NCBI GenBank assembly: GCA_973895155.1
Contig: OZ316897.1
Span: 10,935,832-10,999,831 of the forward strand
DNA length: 64,000 nt
Source: Marsupella aquatica
Lineage: Eukaryota; Plantae; Marchantiophyta
Direction of reading: 5' to 3'
The notes under the pieces are model-generated. The model was given only the letters and a program-made list of their open reading frames with translations, was not told the origin of the DNA and did no database searches. Made by a program: the position numbers and the translations under genes. This document shows positions 1-14,450 of the stretch, piece after piece (positions within the stretch are counted from its first letter, which is position 1; the number at the start of each line of letters is the position of its first letter).

Positions 1-186
1 CCTCCATACCATACTTGAGGATTTAAAGTTGGCGACGATCCAATGTCTGGAAGCGCACAAGCAGAAGATCATAGGATTGACAAGCATAGATCGAGCAATC
101 ATCCTTTGATAACGAAATCACACATTGTCCTGGAAGCAATTCAAGCACGTTCCCACCATTCTGGTTGATTGGTACTCGATCCCATC

Positions 187-1183
187 ATGGCTGCCCCATA
201 CGCAGCAGTGCATGCCTCGCCTCAGGGGGAAGGCGATGCCCGACCCACGGCTTTGCAGATCATTGACGACGAAGGGCTGACGGGCAAGTTGAAGAACAAA
301 ATCTTCCTCATCACCGGCAGCTCTTCCGGAATCGGCACTGAGACAGCTCGTGCGATCGCCGCTACAGGAGCTACGGTGTACTGCGCGGTCCGAGACATTG
401 AGAAGGGAAAGAAGGTTCTCGCGGACATCCTCGAGCCCGGGCGCGTCGAGCTCCTCCACATGGACCTTGAGTCCCTCGAGAGCGTGCGAGCCGCAGCAGC
501 GGAGCTCCTCTCCAAAACCGCCAATGTGATCAACGTCCTCGTCTGCGGGTGTGATGGCCATCCCCGCCCCAGGCACCAGGACTGTGGACGGATTCGAGAC
601 GCAATTCGCCACAAATCATCTCGCCCATTTCCTGCTCTTCAACCTCCTGAAGCCCGGTCTGCTTGCCGCGTCCACGCCGGAGTTCAACTCGCACGTCGTG
701 ACGGTCGCCTCAGCTGCTCACAAAATGGGCGAGGTCCGTTTGGACGACTATAACTTCAACAAAGGAGAGTACAATCCCTGGAACGCTTACGCCCAAAGCA
801 AGACGGCGAACATCTACATGGCCACTTACATCGATCGGCATTTTGGGCCGCAGGGCCTCCACGCCACGAGCGTGCACCCGGGCAGCATATGGTCGCCGCT
901 GCAGAAGTATTTGACAGACGATGCGATGGCTTTCTGGGCATCGCAGCCCGGGTTTCGCCCGACTATCAAGAGCACGGCTCAGGGGGCTGCAACAACCGTC
1001 TGGGCGGCGGTGGGAAAGGAGTGGGACGGGAAGGGTGGCAAGTACTTGGAGAATGTGCAGGTTTCCCCGCCGATGAAGGAGGGGGGTCAGTCGCATGATC
1101 AGGGATATGCGACGTGGGCCTTCGACGAGGAGAAGGAAGATCGGTTGTGGGTGGACTCGTTGAAGATGGTTGGTTTGGTTTGA
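187..1183 (+). pseudogene. Short-chain dehydrogenase/reductase (WWOX/retinol-DH-like, fungal-type N-terminus), one frameshift
   Basis: ORF 169..753 has TGSSSGIG and DLESLESVR; ORF 551..1183 has DGFETQFATNHLAHF, the YAQSK (YxxxK) motif and VHPG. At 546/547 the conserved NAG is missing (gtc tgc g ggt gtg atg), consistent with loss of 5 nt (aacgc). Intronless and GC-rich. Confidence 0.85.
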
Positions 1184-4100
1184 GAGCACTAGAGCAGGAT
1201 GTTGCTGGCCTTCTGTCCATCCAGATGTTAGGAGGCCAGCTCGGCGAACACTTTCCTGTGAAGCCATTGCAGAATGGCAGTGATGGGAATTTTCTATCAG
1301 AGTGATTCTTGCCAGACAATCGCAAACAGATCACAAACAGGAGTTTGCAGCTACTACACGGATGGAATGATGCGCTTACCCATGATGCCATCTGGCGACT
1401 TCGATAATTCTATACCAAATTCATAGTAGTTAAATGTAGCTACAATGGATGTGCTTACACCAATTGTCCTGCCTCGGCTGGCTGGTCCCGATGTTTTGGA
1501 AGGGAGCTCTGAACTGGACCCTCATATGAAAAGTGGACCCTCATATGAAAAGTAATCCTACTTAATTTTTGCCATGGATTTGTGCATAGTGATCAACAGC
1601 AAGTTTTGTAAGGAATCTGCACTTACTGACAAATACTTTTCTCGATCGTTTGATGATTTCTTTGAATGGACAACATGGCCCTCGCCTTGAGCTGCACACA
1701 TTCAAGCTACACATCCTGCAGTGGCTACGTGCTTGTGCTTGTACATCCATGGGGGCCCCTAATCCATAAACTACCTTGAAGAAAGAGCCTACTACTGCGA
1801 CACGGCAGGTACTCAACAAAATTGCGTTTGAGTTCATTAAGGCCCACAGAATCAGGGGAAAACTGAATTCCAGATCACTGAGACTCAATGAGAGAATAAA
1901 TTTTACAGTATTCCACGCAATGGAAGATGGGAAGAGAACGACAGGTTGGAAAGAACTATACAGAACGCACATACCTGAGTCTCTTAGTGAGTATCATGAA
2001 CAAGTAGCTGAGCAAAAGTTTGGGTCCACTCGATCCATTACGTGTGGTTCTCCATGTCGCTTGTAGTGCTAGTCAGAGCCTTTTGGCGATCGGCGATGCT
2101 GGTACGGTATGAAAGAAATGTCCTCGACACTGCAGGTGATCGGCTACGCGGCATTCCGTAGGTCCCACGAAAGAGAAATGGTGACGCAATGCAAAATCCG
2201 AACATCGAACCTTCTGTAACTCAGCATCATCTCCAGCTACCAAACCGAGAACACTATCGAAGAAAAACTTTAATTGTCACGATGTGGGCGACAAGGTTTG
2301 GTCCTTCGCGAGTTACATTCATTAAGCTTTGCGTTATAATCAATCATCCATCGCCGAGCCTCCATCCCGAATATTTGCTTCAACTTGTCCTACGATGCTT
2401 ATTGAATTAAGATTTGCTTGCTTTCCTTCCGTCATCCTACTCGTAATACTCGTGCACTATTCGTTGAAGAAAGAAAGTCTGAATGCCCTCTATTTTTTTG
2501 GAAGTACAAAACAACAGAACACCCCTATTCAGGATGACACTGTGCTCGTGTACGCACTGAGACTTCGCTCCTAGTTTCTACCACACCGAGCTGCCAAAGC
2601 TCAAATTCAAGCTAGCTCTAAACGTCTAGGAGACTGGCGCGTCAAGATGCATCTATGCGAGGCGCGGCCCAGGAGCAGAGAACCATAATACTAAATGTAA
2701 TCTTTTGTAAAACTAAAGCCCAGACAGAAGCAGGCGGGAGACGAACCCAGAGATGAATCAAACTTCAGGGCTACGTCCAACACTTCCAATTCCCGACTCG
2801 CTGATCCCACCATCTCCGCCTGGTTGGCACGCCGTCTTCCTTCCTACGCTAACACTCAACTTTGCGTCCTCGCAACTTTTTGTAAATTCGTCTCTCTTTC
2901 CTTTCTCTCTCTCTCTGTGCGATCTCTCTTCAGACTCTTTCATGACAAGTAATCAATGCTGCTGTTACCGAATCGCTAAAATCGGCCTACATCTCCTTCA
3001 CATCTTTGCAATAAACCACAAGATAGAATTCTGAACTAATCAGCACCCAGCTAGTCGGCATATTCAGACAGACGACACTCATCTCAGAAATTTATTCATT
3101 TCCGTATACAAGATCCACTGCTAGAGTCCAGCTTTCTAACAAAGAGGTTCCTCGTTTCATAATTTCAAGTGTGGAACGTGTTGCGATGGCCCGGGACTTG
3201 CCATGATCGATATCCTTCATGGATTTTCTCAGCGATCGGTCTAATATATACTGCTTTCTTGTTTCATAATTCTTAAAGCGTCGCATGCCATTCAGGTTAT
3301 CAGTGCGAGTAACTTATATGGTGTTGGCTTTTTGACCTTGGCCTAACAGTTCACACTTACTAGGACGTCTGGGCATTCCTAGCTTCTCAAGCTTTAGAAA
3401 ATTTATGTTTATAACCTTCCGTTAAGTATTTTCCGAAAGTTTTGTTAACGACTTTTTGTTTTAGGACGGCCGCATCTACATGAAAAACTGTCGACTATTT
3501 GATCAATAATTTGTCTTGGCTAACTTTTAAATTTCGGAATCAAGAATTTCCGAGGTCAATTGACCGAATCACACTAAGGAGCTGTAGCTTAATATGGTCT
3601 GTCCTTTCTCGAATCAGATTAAGGAGTAGCTTTCTAAAGTCTATCCTTTCTCCTGAATGGAATAGAGTTCACATTCAAGATCTTACGAACAATTTGCAGT
3701 TCCTTAGTCTTAAAATTCAACAGGCGGCGCAGATCCTCATGATTGTTTCAGACTAGGAATCGCTTAATATCTGAACGTTACTGAGTGGTGTACCAGTTGA
3801 TTTGCTCTTCGTTTTATCACTCATCCAAGGTAGAGCTTCAGTACGAAGGACGTCCCGTTTTCCAAATAATCCATACTGTAATTCAACCTTAGCATCATAT
3901 TGGTCCGCTAGAACCTTCTTTCGATTATTGGCTCTGAGTTTAATCACCTTGAAAGTCCACCTGATAAACAGGATTTATTCTTGGAGGTTAATTGTCTTTT
4001 CTTCCTATTTTTTAACTCCTTTTTAAATATTTTTAATTGTATTAAAGGGAAGGAAAAGGGGGAGGAGGAAGGACGATGTACTAGGAGGGCAAGAGGAGAA

Positions 4101-5189
4101 AGCAAGGGAGGAGGGGGGAAATAGGGAGCCCAGAAATCCCTAATATTACAGTACTTTCCAATAAATAACAACGTTCAAATATTACAACCAGATTCTCGAC
4201 AATATAGTGCTAAAGTAATAGAGTTACAATAGTGCTAAAATAATAGAATGGGATAGAACTTGAGACCTGCAGGTCATAAGACGCGTCTCATTCAAATTGC
4301 ATTTTTCATTTTCTTCCATCAAACATTGGCTTTGCTACATTTGTCCTCCCCACTCTCCCAAATTTTCTCCCTTAGTTTCTCCTTTCACATTGTCTTGCTT
4401 GTCCATTTTTACAATTGTTCTCTTGATTTTTCTTCTTGTACTATGTGGCTAACATGGCTTGAAGGGAGCTTCCCATGGGGGTCAGCAAAAAACAAAATAT
4501 CAAAAATCAAGTGAAGGGAATTCCCTTACCTTAGTTTTAGAATTGCTTTCCATTGTCGCATTTGCCAATTTGAAAGTGTGACGTGCATCATTTACTCCCA
4601 ATTAATACATAAATTCAATTCTTTGCCTTTCCAAGGAGATGTAGAGCCAATGAAGGTTCTGACTTTTGATATGCCCTGAAACAGACCCTGGCTTTCAAAA
4701 AACAAAACAAAATGGGTCTAGGCCCCACCCTGAGATTTAGATAGATTCAAGTTTCTAAACGGTTTCATTTTCTTTTTCTTGCTTTCTGTTACAAAGAGGG
4801 GATTTGTTTCTTCATTTGTTTGGCCCTTTCCTTCCACCAAGCAGGGAACTTTTTTAAACTATTCGTCCTCTTTTGTGCATTTCATTGAAAAAGTTGCCTG
4901 AAAGTAAAATGTGTTAACTCTTTTACTGAAAACCTGCATCAAATAAAACTATTGTTTTTATTATTTCACATTCTACCAAAATCGAAAAAAAACAGCATGT
5001 GCTGAAATGAGGGACATGAACCCAGCGGCCAAAGACCAATAAAGATGTGAACAGAAGGGAAAAAATCCCAAAAAGAGCCAAAGAGCCCTGTGTCCCCTAT
5101 AATGGCAAAGGAACAAAAGCTCCACTTACCAGCAACTGAAAAGTTTGGTGAGAGTAAACCACATAGAAGGGTCATAACTAAGTGACATT

Positions 5190-6660
5190 TTTGTAGAGAC
5201 CCTAAAACGAACAGCCTCAAGGTGTGCACCAGATTATGAGTGGTGGACCTAGCCACCCAGCGCCCTCACCAATCCCAGCACTTGCGCCTAAGTGCCCTTG
5301 GTGCCCGAACGGCTCCACGGAATACCTCGAGCAAGCATCCAAGTGCCTCTAGCACCACCAGCGGCCACTCCCATACGAAGCCGCACTTGCTCACCTACAC
5401 GACCGTTACTCAACGGTCCTCACTGTCTGCACAAACAACCAAGCACCTCGGTAAGTAACCCATCCGGATCTAGAACTCGCCCAATGTAGCATCCTAACTC
5501 AAGCTCAACAGACGTTGGTAAATAGGTCAGTGATAGGTCCTCTCGATGCCATAAGCCGGATTCAGAACCCACGCCCACTGTCCGTCCAGGACAGCTCCTT
5601 CCTTGGGCGCGGCCCAGGTTCCCCCTCGTACCTATCCATCACCAACTGACCGCCCTGATCTCAGGACATGCTCATGGCCCAATTAGCGTAGCTTGTCCTA
5701 AAGCTTGTCTCAACACGTGGGGACCAGAACGGCCCCGACTCTAACACCGTCTCCCGGTTCGTCCACTGATGGTCTAGGGACCCAGCGCCCTTGGGACTCA
5801 GCCTCCATACCTACTTGGCCTTGCCTCCCCAACGCAAGCTCCCTTGGGAGGCTGAACGCGGCTTGGCTGCTGTTCGGCAAGATTTTGCAAGCGGGCGAGC
5901 TAACACCCACAAACCACGAGAACCCATGGCACCCCTAGACCCAGCTGAGCTCATGAGGGCATAGCCCTCTTCAAGAGATTTCCAACGCACCTAAGAAGTC
6001 CTCCAACGGACTTCTCGTTGGGAAGATATCGTCATTTCCGTTTGGCGGTTTCTCTTAGTGTCACGACCACTACGGCTCACGACTTCGGCTTGCCCTTAGT
6101 CCCTAGGGAGACACCACTCCCCTCATATATGCTTCTGGGGACCTGCCACCCCCGGACCAGCTTGGTCCCTAAACATTTGGCTCCCAACCCGGATCCCTTC
6201 GCGCATAATGGGCGCGCCACCAACTGGCAACGCCCATAACTTTCTTGATAGGCATCCGCAAGCGGAGTGCCTTAGCCCGTTGTGACCGGGCCGACCCGGT
6301 GCTCATGCCTAGGCCCTCAGGTCTGATCGCCGCTCGGGGCCCCCGACCGGCCCAACCCGGATCGGGCCACAACTTGCGCCCCAAGCGTCCGTTGCCAATG
6401 GCATCAACTCCATTGGCCTTGGGCCCAAGAGGAGCTCACTCCCAAGCCCTCAGAACTCAAAGACCATCCGATGGCCCGGACGGTCATCCTTGAGCCCGGC
6501 CCATTTCCCCTTGACCCAACCAGCCGTAGGCTAGTCCAAGTCCTTAGTGTGTGTCCCCAGCTTGGCCCCTTGCCTCGCTAGTGCCACTTCTCATTGCCCA
6601 CAAGTCTCCCCATGCTAAGTCCTCCCCGGATGGCCTATCCGGGCCTGGACCATAAGGGAG
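5190..6660 (-). mobile_element. Probable degenerate retrotransposon (gag-like) remnant
   Basis: GC-rich block in AT-rich DNA. The minus frame has GVASWWRAH, resembling the A..WW motif of retrotransposon gag. No intact ORF or LTR found. Confidence 0.25.
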
Positions 6661-9348
6661 CTCGACGTCGGAGTCAGCGACGCTGGAGCTAAGTGTTAAG
6701 GTAGTCGAGTTCCACGACTTTATGAAAGAGCCTATCTCCAGTGAAATGTAGGTTGTGCACAAGATTCTCCATGAACCAGTTCAAATCTGGCTGTAGGGTT
6801 TCTGTGGCTTGTATGTAGTTATTACAAATTGCAATAAAAAGAAATTAAAACCAGACCCAAGACAAGGGTTTATGGTCACAGTAGGCTCTATCAGTTTGTG
6901 AAATTCCTGTTTTGACAATACCATGTACGATATTTCTGAAAATACAGCTTACACTGCTTCCAACAATATGGTCCAAGAATACATACCATTGGAAGTATTT
7001 TACACCATATTTTTGGCCCCTGCCCCCAAAGTTCTGCCAAAAACGAGGGTTTTTCCCTCAAAGCTTGCTGCATGGCTTGCAACTTCCCTTCAAAAAGCGG
7101 TGTAGGGTTGGTAGTTTCCTAAAGAACTTCCAGTCTGTGTCATTTGCAGTCGCTACGCTGTGCTGCATTGCCATCAAATCTATATCCTCAGGTGTGTCAT
7201 CTATGCGACTTTAAATCTTATTAATAAATCACAAAGACAACCTAGAGTTGGGGCTATGGTTCTAATGCTGGTTGGCATGACGTGCTTGCTCATTGCCCTT
7301 TTACAGGATTCCTTTATCCCTCAACTGTCAATCTCCAGCTGTGAGAGCTCTAGAGGAACAATTGTTTAGGCCTTCTTCTTTTTGTTCACACAGACAAGGA
7401 TTATGTGACCCAGGGAAATGGAGAGATCCGTGATTATTGTTATGATTATTATTTTACTTTTCTTAACTGTCCAAATTTGAAAAGTCATGATCATTTTTAA
7501 TAGAAATATAATAATAAATACCAAAATGAGCAATCAGGGTCCCTTTTTCACCAGGCTTTGCCCAGACTAGTATGTGGCTCAAGTAAGTTAGATTGAAGGG
7601 GGCAGCAAAGGGACACCAAGGAGCCATCATCTGAAAGAAGGTAATTTCGGACCCCACTAGAGGTCCCTTCCAAAATTCCTGGCACCACAGCGTGCCACAT
7701 CAACAACAACTACAACAAACAAAACTCGTCAATTTTGTGAATCAAACTTATAGTTTTCATTCGTGTTTGTGTCAATTTGGGTGTAAATTTTGGGATGCCG
7801 TGCCGTAAAAAGAAAAGTAAAAACATTGGAGATGCAAAGAGCAAGACGGTTAAAACTGTCACTATGTAACCGTTTTAGTTACATTTCCAATTTTAAAACT
7901 TAAATTCAAAGATTTATAAAAATTATTTTTCATATAATAAATAATGACTAATAAGTAACTTGATAACTTCCTTGTTAAACCACAAGTCCCGGTATGTAAG
8001 GACCTCTCGTATTGTATGGCCATTAATGCTGGGAAGAGCACATAGAAACCCAGGATTGGGGAGGAGGAATGGCTGGAATCTTGAAAGTTCATCGAATTTT
8101 ACACTCAAAACTATTTACTCATTCTCAAAACAAAAAATACCCAGTCGTAGATCTCATTGAGATTTTTATTTTGCACCCTAGATCGCCTTCTAACATGGAT
8201 GAATAAGATTTCTAGAGGCATTACAAAATGGACGGCAAAGATCGTAAAATCAACAAAATCGACGGTTAGGAAGACTTGGATTTGTTTAATTTTTCATTAG
8301 GAAAATATTAACCCATTTGCAAAACAGACAGAACCCATCCATAGATCTATTTGAGATCTTTCTTTTGAGCCATAGATTGGCCATTATGATGGACGGACGA
8401 GATTTCCGGAGAGAAGAAATGGAGACGGCTCAAATCGACTCTTCCCCCTGATTTTATTAGCCAAGGGGTCCACGAACTAATTGTAGTTTAGACAGTAGGT
8501 TCACGCATGCCATGCACAAAAACTTGACATTTTTGCCTCTCAAAGTATAGTGCAATGTCATAAATAATTTCTCTCCAGCTGATTTATTTTTCAGTATTAA
8601 AATGCTGAAATGTTCCTACTTGCAAAGTTTTTCGCAAGTTTCTCAAGCACTACCAATAATTTTGTCCCCCAAGGGTTTAAATTTGCAATAACTAGCCCAA
8701 CATACATGGGCATGTACGAAGTAAGGGCTTGCTGGAGCCAGATCTCCCAGCCCTTCCTTACCTACAAGAAAATTCTACATGTCAAATTTTATGCTACAGG
8801 CTTCATTCTAGAGACCATGAACACAGATTTCTATTTATAGATATATAGAAAATAGCTAAATGGACACATTTTTAATTTTCTTGGCAAGCCACCGTAGGGG
8901 TTGCATTAGTTTGCCTTCAAGTGTTTGTACTCTTTGAACCTATTTTGCTTTCCCTTCATTGAACTTTTTTCTGTTCCTTGTTGTGTAAATGATGGCTGTT
9001 GTTTTATAAAAAATAAATCAAGTATTTTTTTTGTTTGTTTTACGACCCCTATATTGTTTTCTGTTGCGCCAAAAGTGATGTCCCTGCGGTAGGTGCAAGT
9101 CGTTATCGACGGCCCGAGAGTGTCCATCGCGGTTTTAAATGCTCACCCACTTCGTCATCGACGGCCCGTAGTGTCCGTCGCGTTTTCCAAATCCTTGCCC
9201 GTTTGCACTTTTTCGAGGCAGCGTTTCAGCAGCCTTCAACTGTCATTCATTCATTTGAAGCACTGTACTGCACCAATAACATCGACAAGAACGACAGGTC
9301 AATCGCTGTTCGGCAGCTCAAAAGCCAATTCGCAAACCGGAAAAGCGA

Positions 9349-9377
9349 GCGAGAGAGAGAGAGAGAATGAGAGAGAT
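9349..9377. repeat. (GA)n microsatellite
   Basis: gcgagagagagagagagaatgagagagat. Confidence 0.8.
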
Positions 9378-10752
9378 GGAGTACAGTCATGTGAAGAGGA
9401 AAATGCGGAAGTTGCGGAAGTGACGTGTTGAGCCTACTATTATTCTCTCCGACACTCCAATTGCGAGAGAGCAGACTGCGACAGAAAGAGGGCTCATCAT
9501 GAGAGGAATCGTAGGGCTTCAGTTTTGGCGAATAAAGTAATCGGTCCATCCGCAGCGAGGCGAGAAGAGAGGGAAGGAGTGAAGGAGAGTAACGGACAAA
9601 GAGGGGATTCGGAGCGTATCGATCCCGGTGATATGCGGAGATCCTGAGGAGGTGGCGGGCCGCAGAGTGAGGAATCGTTTTGATCCTGGTTTTGATCCCA
9701 CATTTGACAACCAATTCTGCTGCCGTTGCCGATGCTGCAGATCGGTTCTGCGGTTCTGCTTGCGTCTCGAGCGGGATTCTGTCAGTTTGACGGTCCAGAG
9801 TGGAGGACACGAGAACTGACGAGAGAGAGCACGCATTTCAAGGCAACGATAGAAAGACGAAGAGAAGGGAAGGGAAAGAGAGCATCATCATTATTACTAG
9901 TACAGGTTCACAGCGACACAGCACGAAGAGTAGAGAAGGGGCACTGCGGTAGACGAATGATATTTTATTTATTTTGCGTCGCGGGCTGATGGATGACGAC
10001 ATTGGGATGAGGTGGAGGTGATTTGGATTCACGGAGACAACGAGAACAGAGCGAGCATTCAATTCTGATCAGCTACCCGACTGCCTGCCGGTCGATCTTC
10101 GACGAGCGGAGCCGGCCGGGCATGTGGCACCGCATCGTAGTCGTGGTCGCGGTACCGGCTTGAAGGATTAATTTTCTCTGGGAGGTCGGTGGTCGCAAGC
10201 GGAGGAGGGGGAGAAGGACGGAAAGGAACGATCGCGCCATCGCGGAGTGAGACCTCGAGGTCAAAGGCGGGGGCAGCTGTGCGGTTGTTACACGGCCATT
10301 TTGACAACGTACGAACAATCGGAATGTGCGAAAGGCCATCCGACGCGCGTTGATGCGCATTAAGTGCGAAACGTTTTCTCGAGTGGTGAGTAGTTGGGAA
10401 CCGAAGTCAAAATTGCTTGCCAATCATGTTCATTTGTATGTTCATCGGCCTACCGGGCTCACTTTCGTTCCCCGCCAGGGACTAATTTAACTGCTTCGTG
10501 AGCGGCAGTCTGGCATTGTAGCGCTTCTGGTTGTTCACATTTTGCGGTCTTCTCTCAATTTGCGCTTTGAGTCAGTGCTGAATGCTGTTTGGCCGGTGCA
10601 GCCGTGTTGTGAAGGGAAATTCGTGCGTCGGAGCGGAACGAGAAGCAACAGAGCGAAGAGTTCATTCCGGCTGCTTTCTTGAGAAGTGAATCAGTAGAGT
10701 GTTGAGGTGCAGTGCACTAAGCAACAGTCAAGAAGCCGGGAGAGGAGGAGGG

Positions 10753-13554
10753 ATGACGACGATGGAGTGCCGCAAGGAGAAAGAAGAGACTGACTTGGCG
10801 CAAGAAGAGGAAGAGGAGTTGTTGTCTTCTCCTCCCGAGACGCCATCAGGATCTAGTCGAGCCGGGCGGCTCTGGCAGAAGGTGAAGGACCGCTGGGAAT
10901 TGGTGGAATTTCACGCTCTGCCCGAGTATCTGAGGGACAATGAGTTCATTCTGAGGCACTACCGACCTAATTGGCCCATGAGGCAAATTCTCCTCAGTAC
11001 CTTCACCATCCACAACGAGACGATTAATATTTGGACGTGAGTTTTCTTCTTGCCGACCCTCGCCGCTCGCCGCTCTCTTTCAGTCGCCATTCCGTTCCTG
11101 TATAGCGGGGATGAAAAATTGTCCAACGTAGAATTGCAGTGTTCGACATGAGCGTGGAATGCGAATGCGCTCTTGCAAATTCCCAGTGGAATTCGAAGGA
11201 GAAGGCGTTGAGCAGTCAAAGTGCCTGAGTGACGCATTGTGTCATCGCTTTGGTTGCTTGGCGCATCCAGCCACTAGAATGTTAGCTTTCCGTCCGATTC
11301 AGTTGAACACTGATTATTCCCTTGCCCTTCAGCCTCTTTGTCCGAGTAACTTCTCGTCGTGTATACAACGGTAATCTACTTATTATCGTCAATACGAGAC
11401 TAGTTTCTGCGATATCAGTGCAAAACGTGGAGAAAAGTCGAGCGGTGAATCGTCCGCTCCCTGACGTCGAAGAGTGATTGAGTTCGCAGAAGGCTTGCGC
11501 CGCTTCTGCTACCAAATACTCTCTCTCCCATCTACTCTCGTTGTGGACCAATTGCAAGTCTTCTTGTTTCCTTTGCGGCGTTTTCACCGACCACTTCCAG
11601 TACCCGCTGTAGTTTAAAACTAGGCGTCATCAAATGTAAAGCTTGACACTTCCCTAGCTGGAAGCTGCACTGCAGTAACGTTTACTTCGAAAGAAATACT
11701 GTCGCGTCTTTCCGGAACCACGAGAAGCTTGGTGTTGCAGACAAAGCCGTAGACTCCCACTATTGTGTGCTCGATGCGTGAATGCAATTGCTTCAGCGAT
11801 ATCTTGGCATTCCTGCGAGGTTTCCCGCGACGTGAGTCTAGAGAATCATACCACAGTCGGGAAGGAACAGATTTGCGTATCGTTTCGAGCGCCAATCAGC
11901 CTTATGATAGTTTTAGCTGTGTACTAACACAACAGGTTTTCTCGTTGCAGGCATTTGATAGGGTTTTTGCTGTTCTTGGGCCTGACAATCTACACTGCTA
12001 TGATGGTACCGAAAGTGGTGGATATGCAGAACTTCCCAAGTCGCCTGCCCAACATGGAGGATTTGCACAAAATGCAGTCGGGTCTCATGAATTGCTTTGA
12101 TTCTCTACCGTCCTTGCCAGAGTTACACTTTCCCGAGATGTTCACGAATTGTCTTCCTGCGAGTATTTCTGCAGCAAATAAGACCGAGCAATGTGTCCTG
12201 GTGGGTTCTCGAAACTCTTCGATGCTTTAATCTTTATGTTGTGTTCGGCTTATGGCCCTTTCACCTAGAATTCTTGATACTTTTAATTTGTAATCTCATT
12301 AGTTCTGCAACAAAATGAGGCAAGTGCTGATGTTTTAAAGGAATTGTATCTGATTTGTATTTGCGCGAAACTCAGTTCCCGAGGACCAATGTATCTAATC
12401 ATCCCTCGCACTCATCCTCTTTCCCGCGTCCATCAGCCTTTGTCTTGAAAATTTAATTGAAATGAATGAGAGGCCCATTCCTTTGAGCAGGATTTCTCTA
12501 TGGGAGTGGACATGGCGGACACTATCCACTTCCAAACAGAAAGGTCAAAAACTGAGTTCCTTGAGTTGGGGAGGACCAATCAATGCCAAGTGCATCCTGG
12601 AAGATCGTGGAGACTGAGGGTTGAAACTTCAGCTGAATTCTACCCTTACAGTGCTCCCGTAAAACCTTGTTAACCCTAGGTTAATTTCCCTTTCACGAGG
12701 AATAAGCTCTGAAAGATTTGAATGAATTTTGATAGGTGTAATTGTACGAAAACCTTACATTCAAAGCAGTCCACACCTCCACAGAACGGTATCTTTGCAG
12801 TTTTGACCCAGCAATAATAACATGTTTATAAGATTAGACTTCGTATGATACAAATTGTCATTCATTGATTTCTCATTCCGTTTTGTTTTCGGTGCAGCAA
12901 ACGATGAAGGATGACATGGCAAACTTCGTGGGCCCTCTACTGCAAACACCCACCACCCGATGGCCATTCTTCGTGTTTTTGGGTGGTGCAATGTTCTGCT
13001 TGCTGTCGAGCTCCACATGCCACCTTCTTTCCTGCCACTCTGCTTGGGCCTCCTACATTTTGTTGCGGATAGATTATGCAGGTATCGCCTCTCTGATTGC
13101 AGCATCCTTCTATCCCCCGGTCTACTATTCCTTCATGTGCGACCCCACTCTGCGCAACCTGTACTTGTCCGGCATCACGCTCATGGGTGTAGCGACAGTT
13201 CTGGTATCCTTGATCCCAGTCTTTCAAACACCAAAGTATCGGAGTGTGAGAGCAATCTTGTTTTTCTGCATGGCTCTCTCCGGAATAATACCTTGTGTAC
13301 ACAAGGTGCTGCTTCATGGAGATGAACCAGCGGCAATGCAGACTCTGGTGTATGAGGGAATCATGGGACTCTTCTATGCAATGGGAGCAATTATTTATGT
13401 TACAAGGATACCCGAGAGGTGGAAGCCTGGCCAGTTCGATCTTGCTGGTCATAGCCACCAGCTTTTCCATGTCCTTGTAGTCTGCGGTGCCTACACTCAT
13501 TACAAAGCGGGCCTCCTCTACTTGGAATGGCGAGATGTCCAGGGCTGCACATGA
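10753..13554 (+). CDS. PAQR/heptahelical transmembrane protein (HHP4-like, HlyIII family); exons 10753-11036, 11951-12200, 12898-13554
   Basis: Motifs LPEYLRDNEFILRHYR, HNETINIWT|HLIG, SSTCHLLSCHS, RIDYAGI, RIPERWKPGQFDLAGHSHQLFH. GT-AG introns keep the frame (phase 2, then phase 0). Confidence 0.93.
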
Positions 13555-14233
13555 TTTTCTTCGAGATTATTGATAACAGTTCAAACATTCTTGATTCTTA
13601 GAAATAAGATGGTTGAGACCAATGCGAGTACATGGATTGAATTTCAGAGGTTGGAGGCGGAAGTACTCCTGACACCATTTTCTCAGACTTCCGTGCAGGA
13701 ATTTGACGCACATTTTTTGTAAATATAATTTTTCGACTCGAATGATTCCCCCAATTATTTATGAAGAAATTTAAATTGTGCCTGAAAAAAGGTACTAAAG
13801 GATATCCTGCATCAAATGCAATGCTCGATTTTATTGTCCTCGCTTATAATAGTCCCCAAGTCTTCCTGGGTTGCAGTCCATTCAGGGTGGATGTTAGTGG
13901 ATTTGTAAACTTGCCTGTCTTTGAAAGCTTCCTTCGAAACTGTTGAAATTAAGTTCTCGGTTGCTGATTAGAGAAGGACATCTGTGGTTGAGGTCGAAGT
14001 TGGGAAAGGAGAGCTTTAACGATCCCTTTTATGCTTGCATTCTTTCATTTGTCAAGGAGTCTAATATTCTGCGACTTACAAGATTGATAATGCCGAGAAG
14101 AAGGGAGAGTGAGACTAGGGGGGCAGGAAATCTACAGTCCAAAGCAGGAGTGTGATTGGAAATAGACAGCCCTCCCTCCCTGGAGTTAAATCCAGGAGGT
14201 TCTCGGTCCTGGCCTGCGCTGCCCCTGGAGAAT

Positions 14234-14450
14234 GTACTCCGCATCATGGGCCAATGGGCAGTTGACGAGGTTCAAAGAGATTGTGGGAAGTATACTACTC
14301 CACACTGGGTGACACTTTTTCAGAGACTGGAGTTTTAAGTATTTGAGGCATTGTTCCTACTAGTACTCCGCAGCATGGGCCAGTGGGCAGTTGAGGAGGT
14401 TCATTGAGAGATTGTGGGAAGCATACTATTCCAGGTTTGGTGACATTCTT
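14234..14450. repeat. Imperfect direct repeat (about 87 bp x2)
   Basis: gtactccgca(t/g)catgggcca.tgggcagttga.gaggttca...gagattgtgggaag at 14234 and 14363. Confidence 0.7.

Noticed and set aside
1776-2066. 96-aa ORF with protein-like composition
   Set aside because: No recognisable motif or exon structure.
9816-9834. ACGAGAGAGAGCACGC matches the 3' 16 nt of miR535 as I recall it
   Set aside because: No complementary star arm nearby, the 5' end mismatches, and the sequence is low-complexity GA; probably chance.
9247-10423. Overlapping ORFs upstream of the PAQR gene
   Set aside because: GA/CT-rich, UTR- or promoter-like sequence with no coherent protein.
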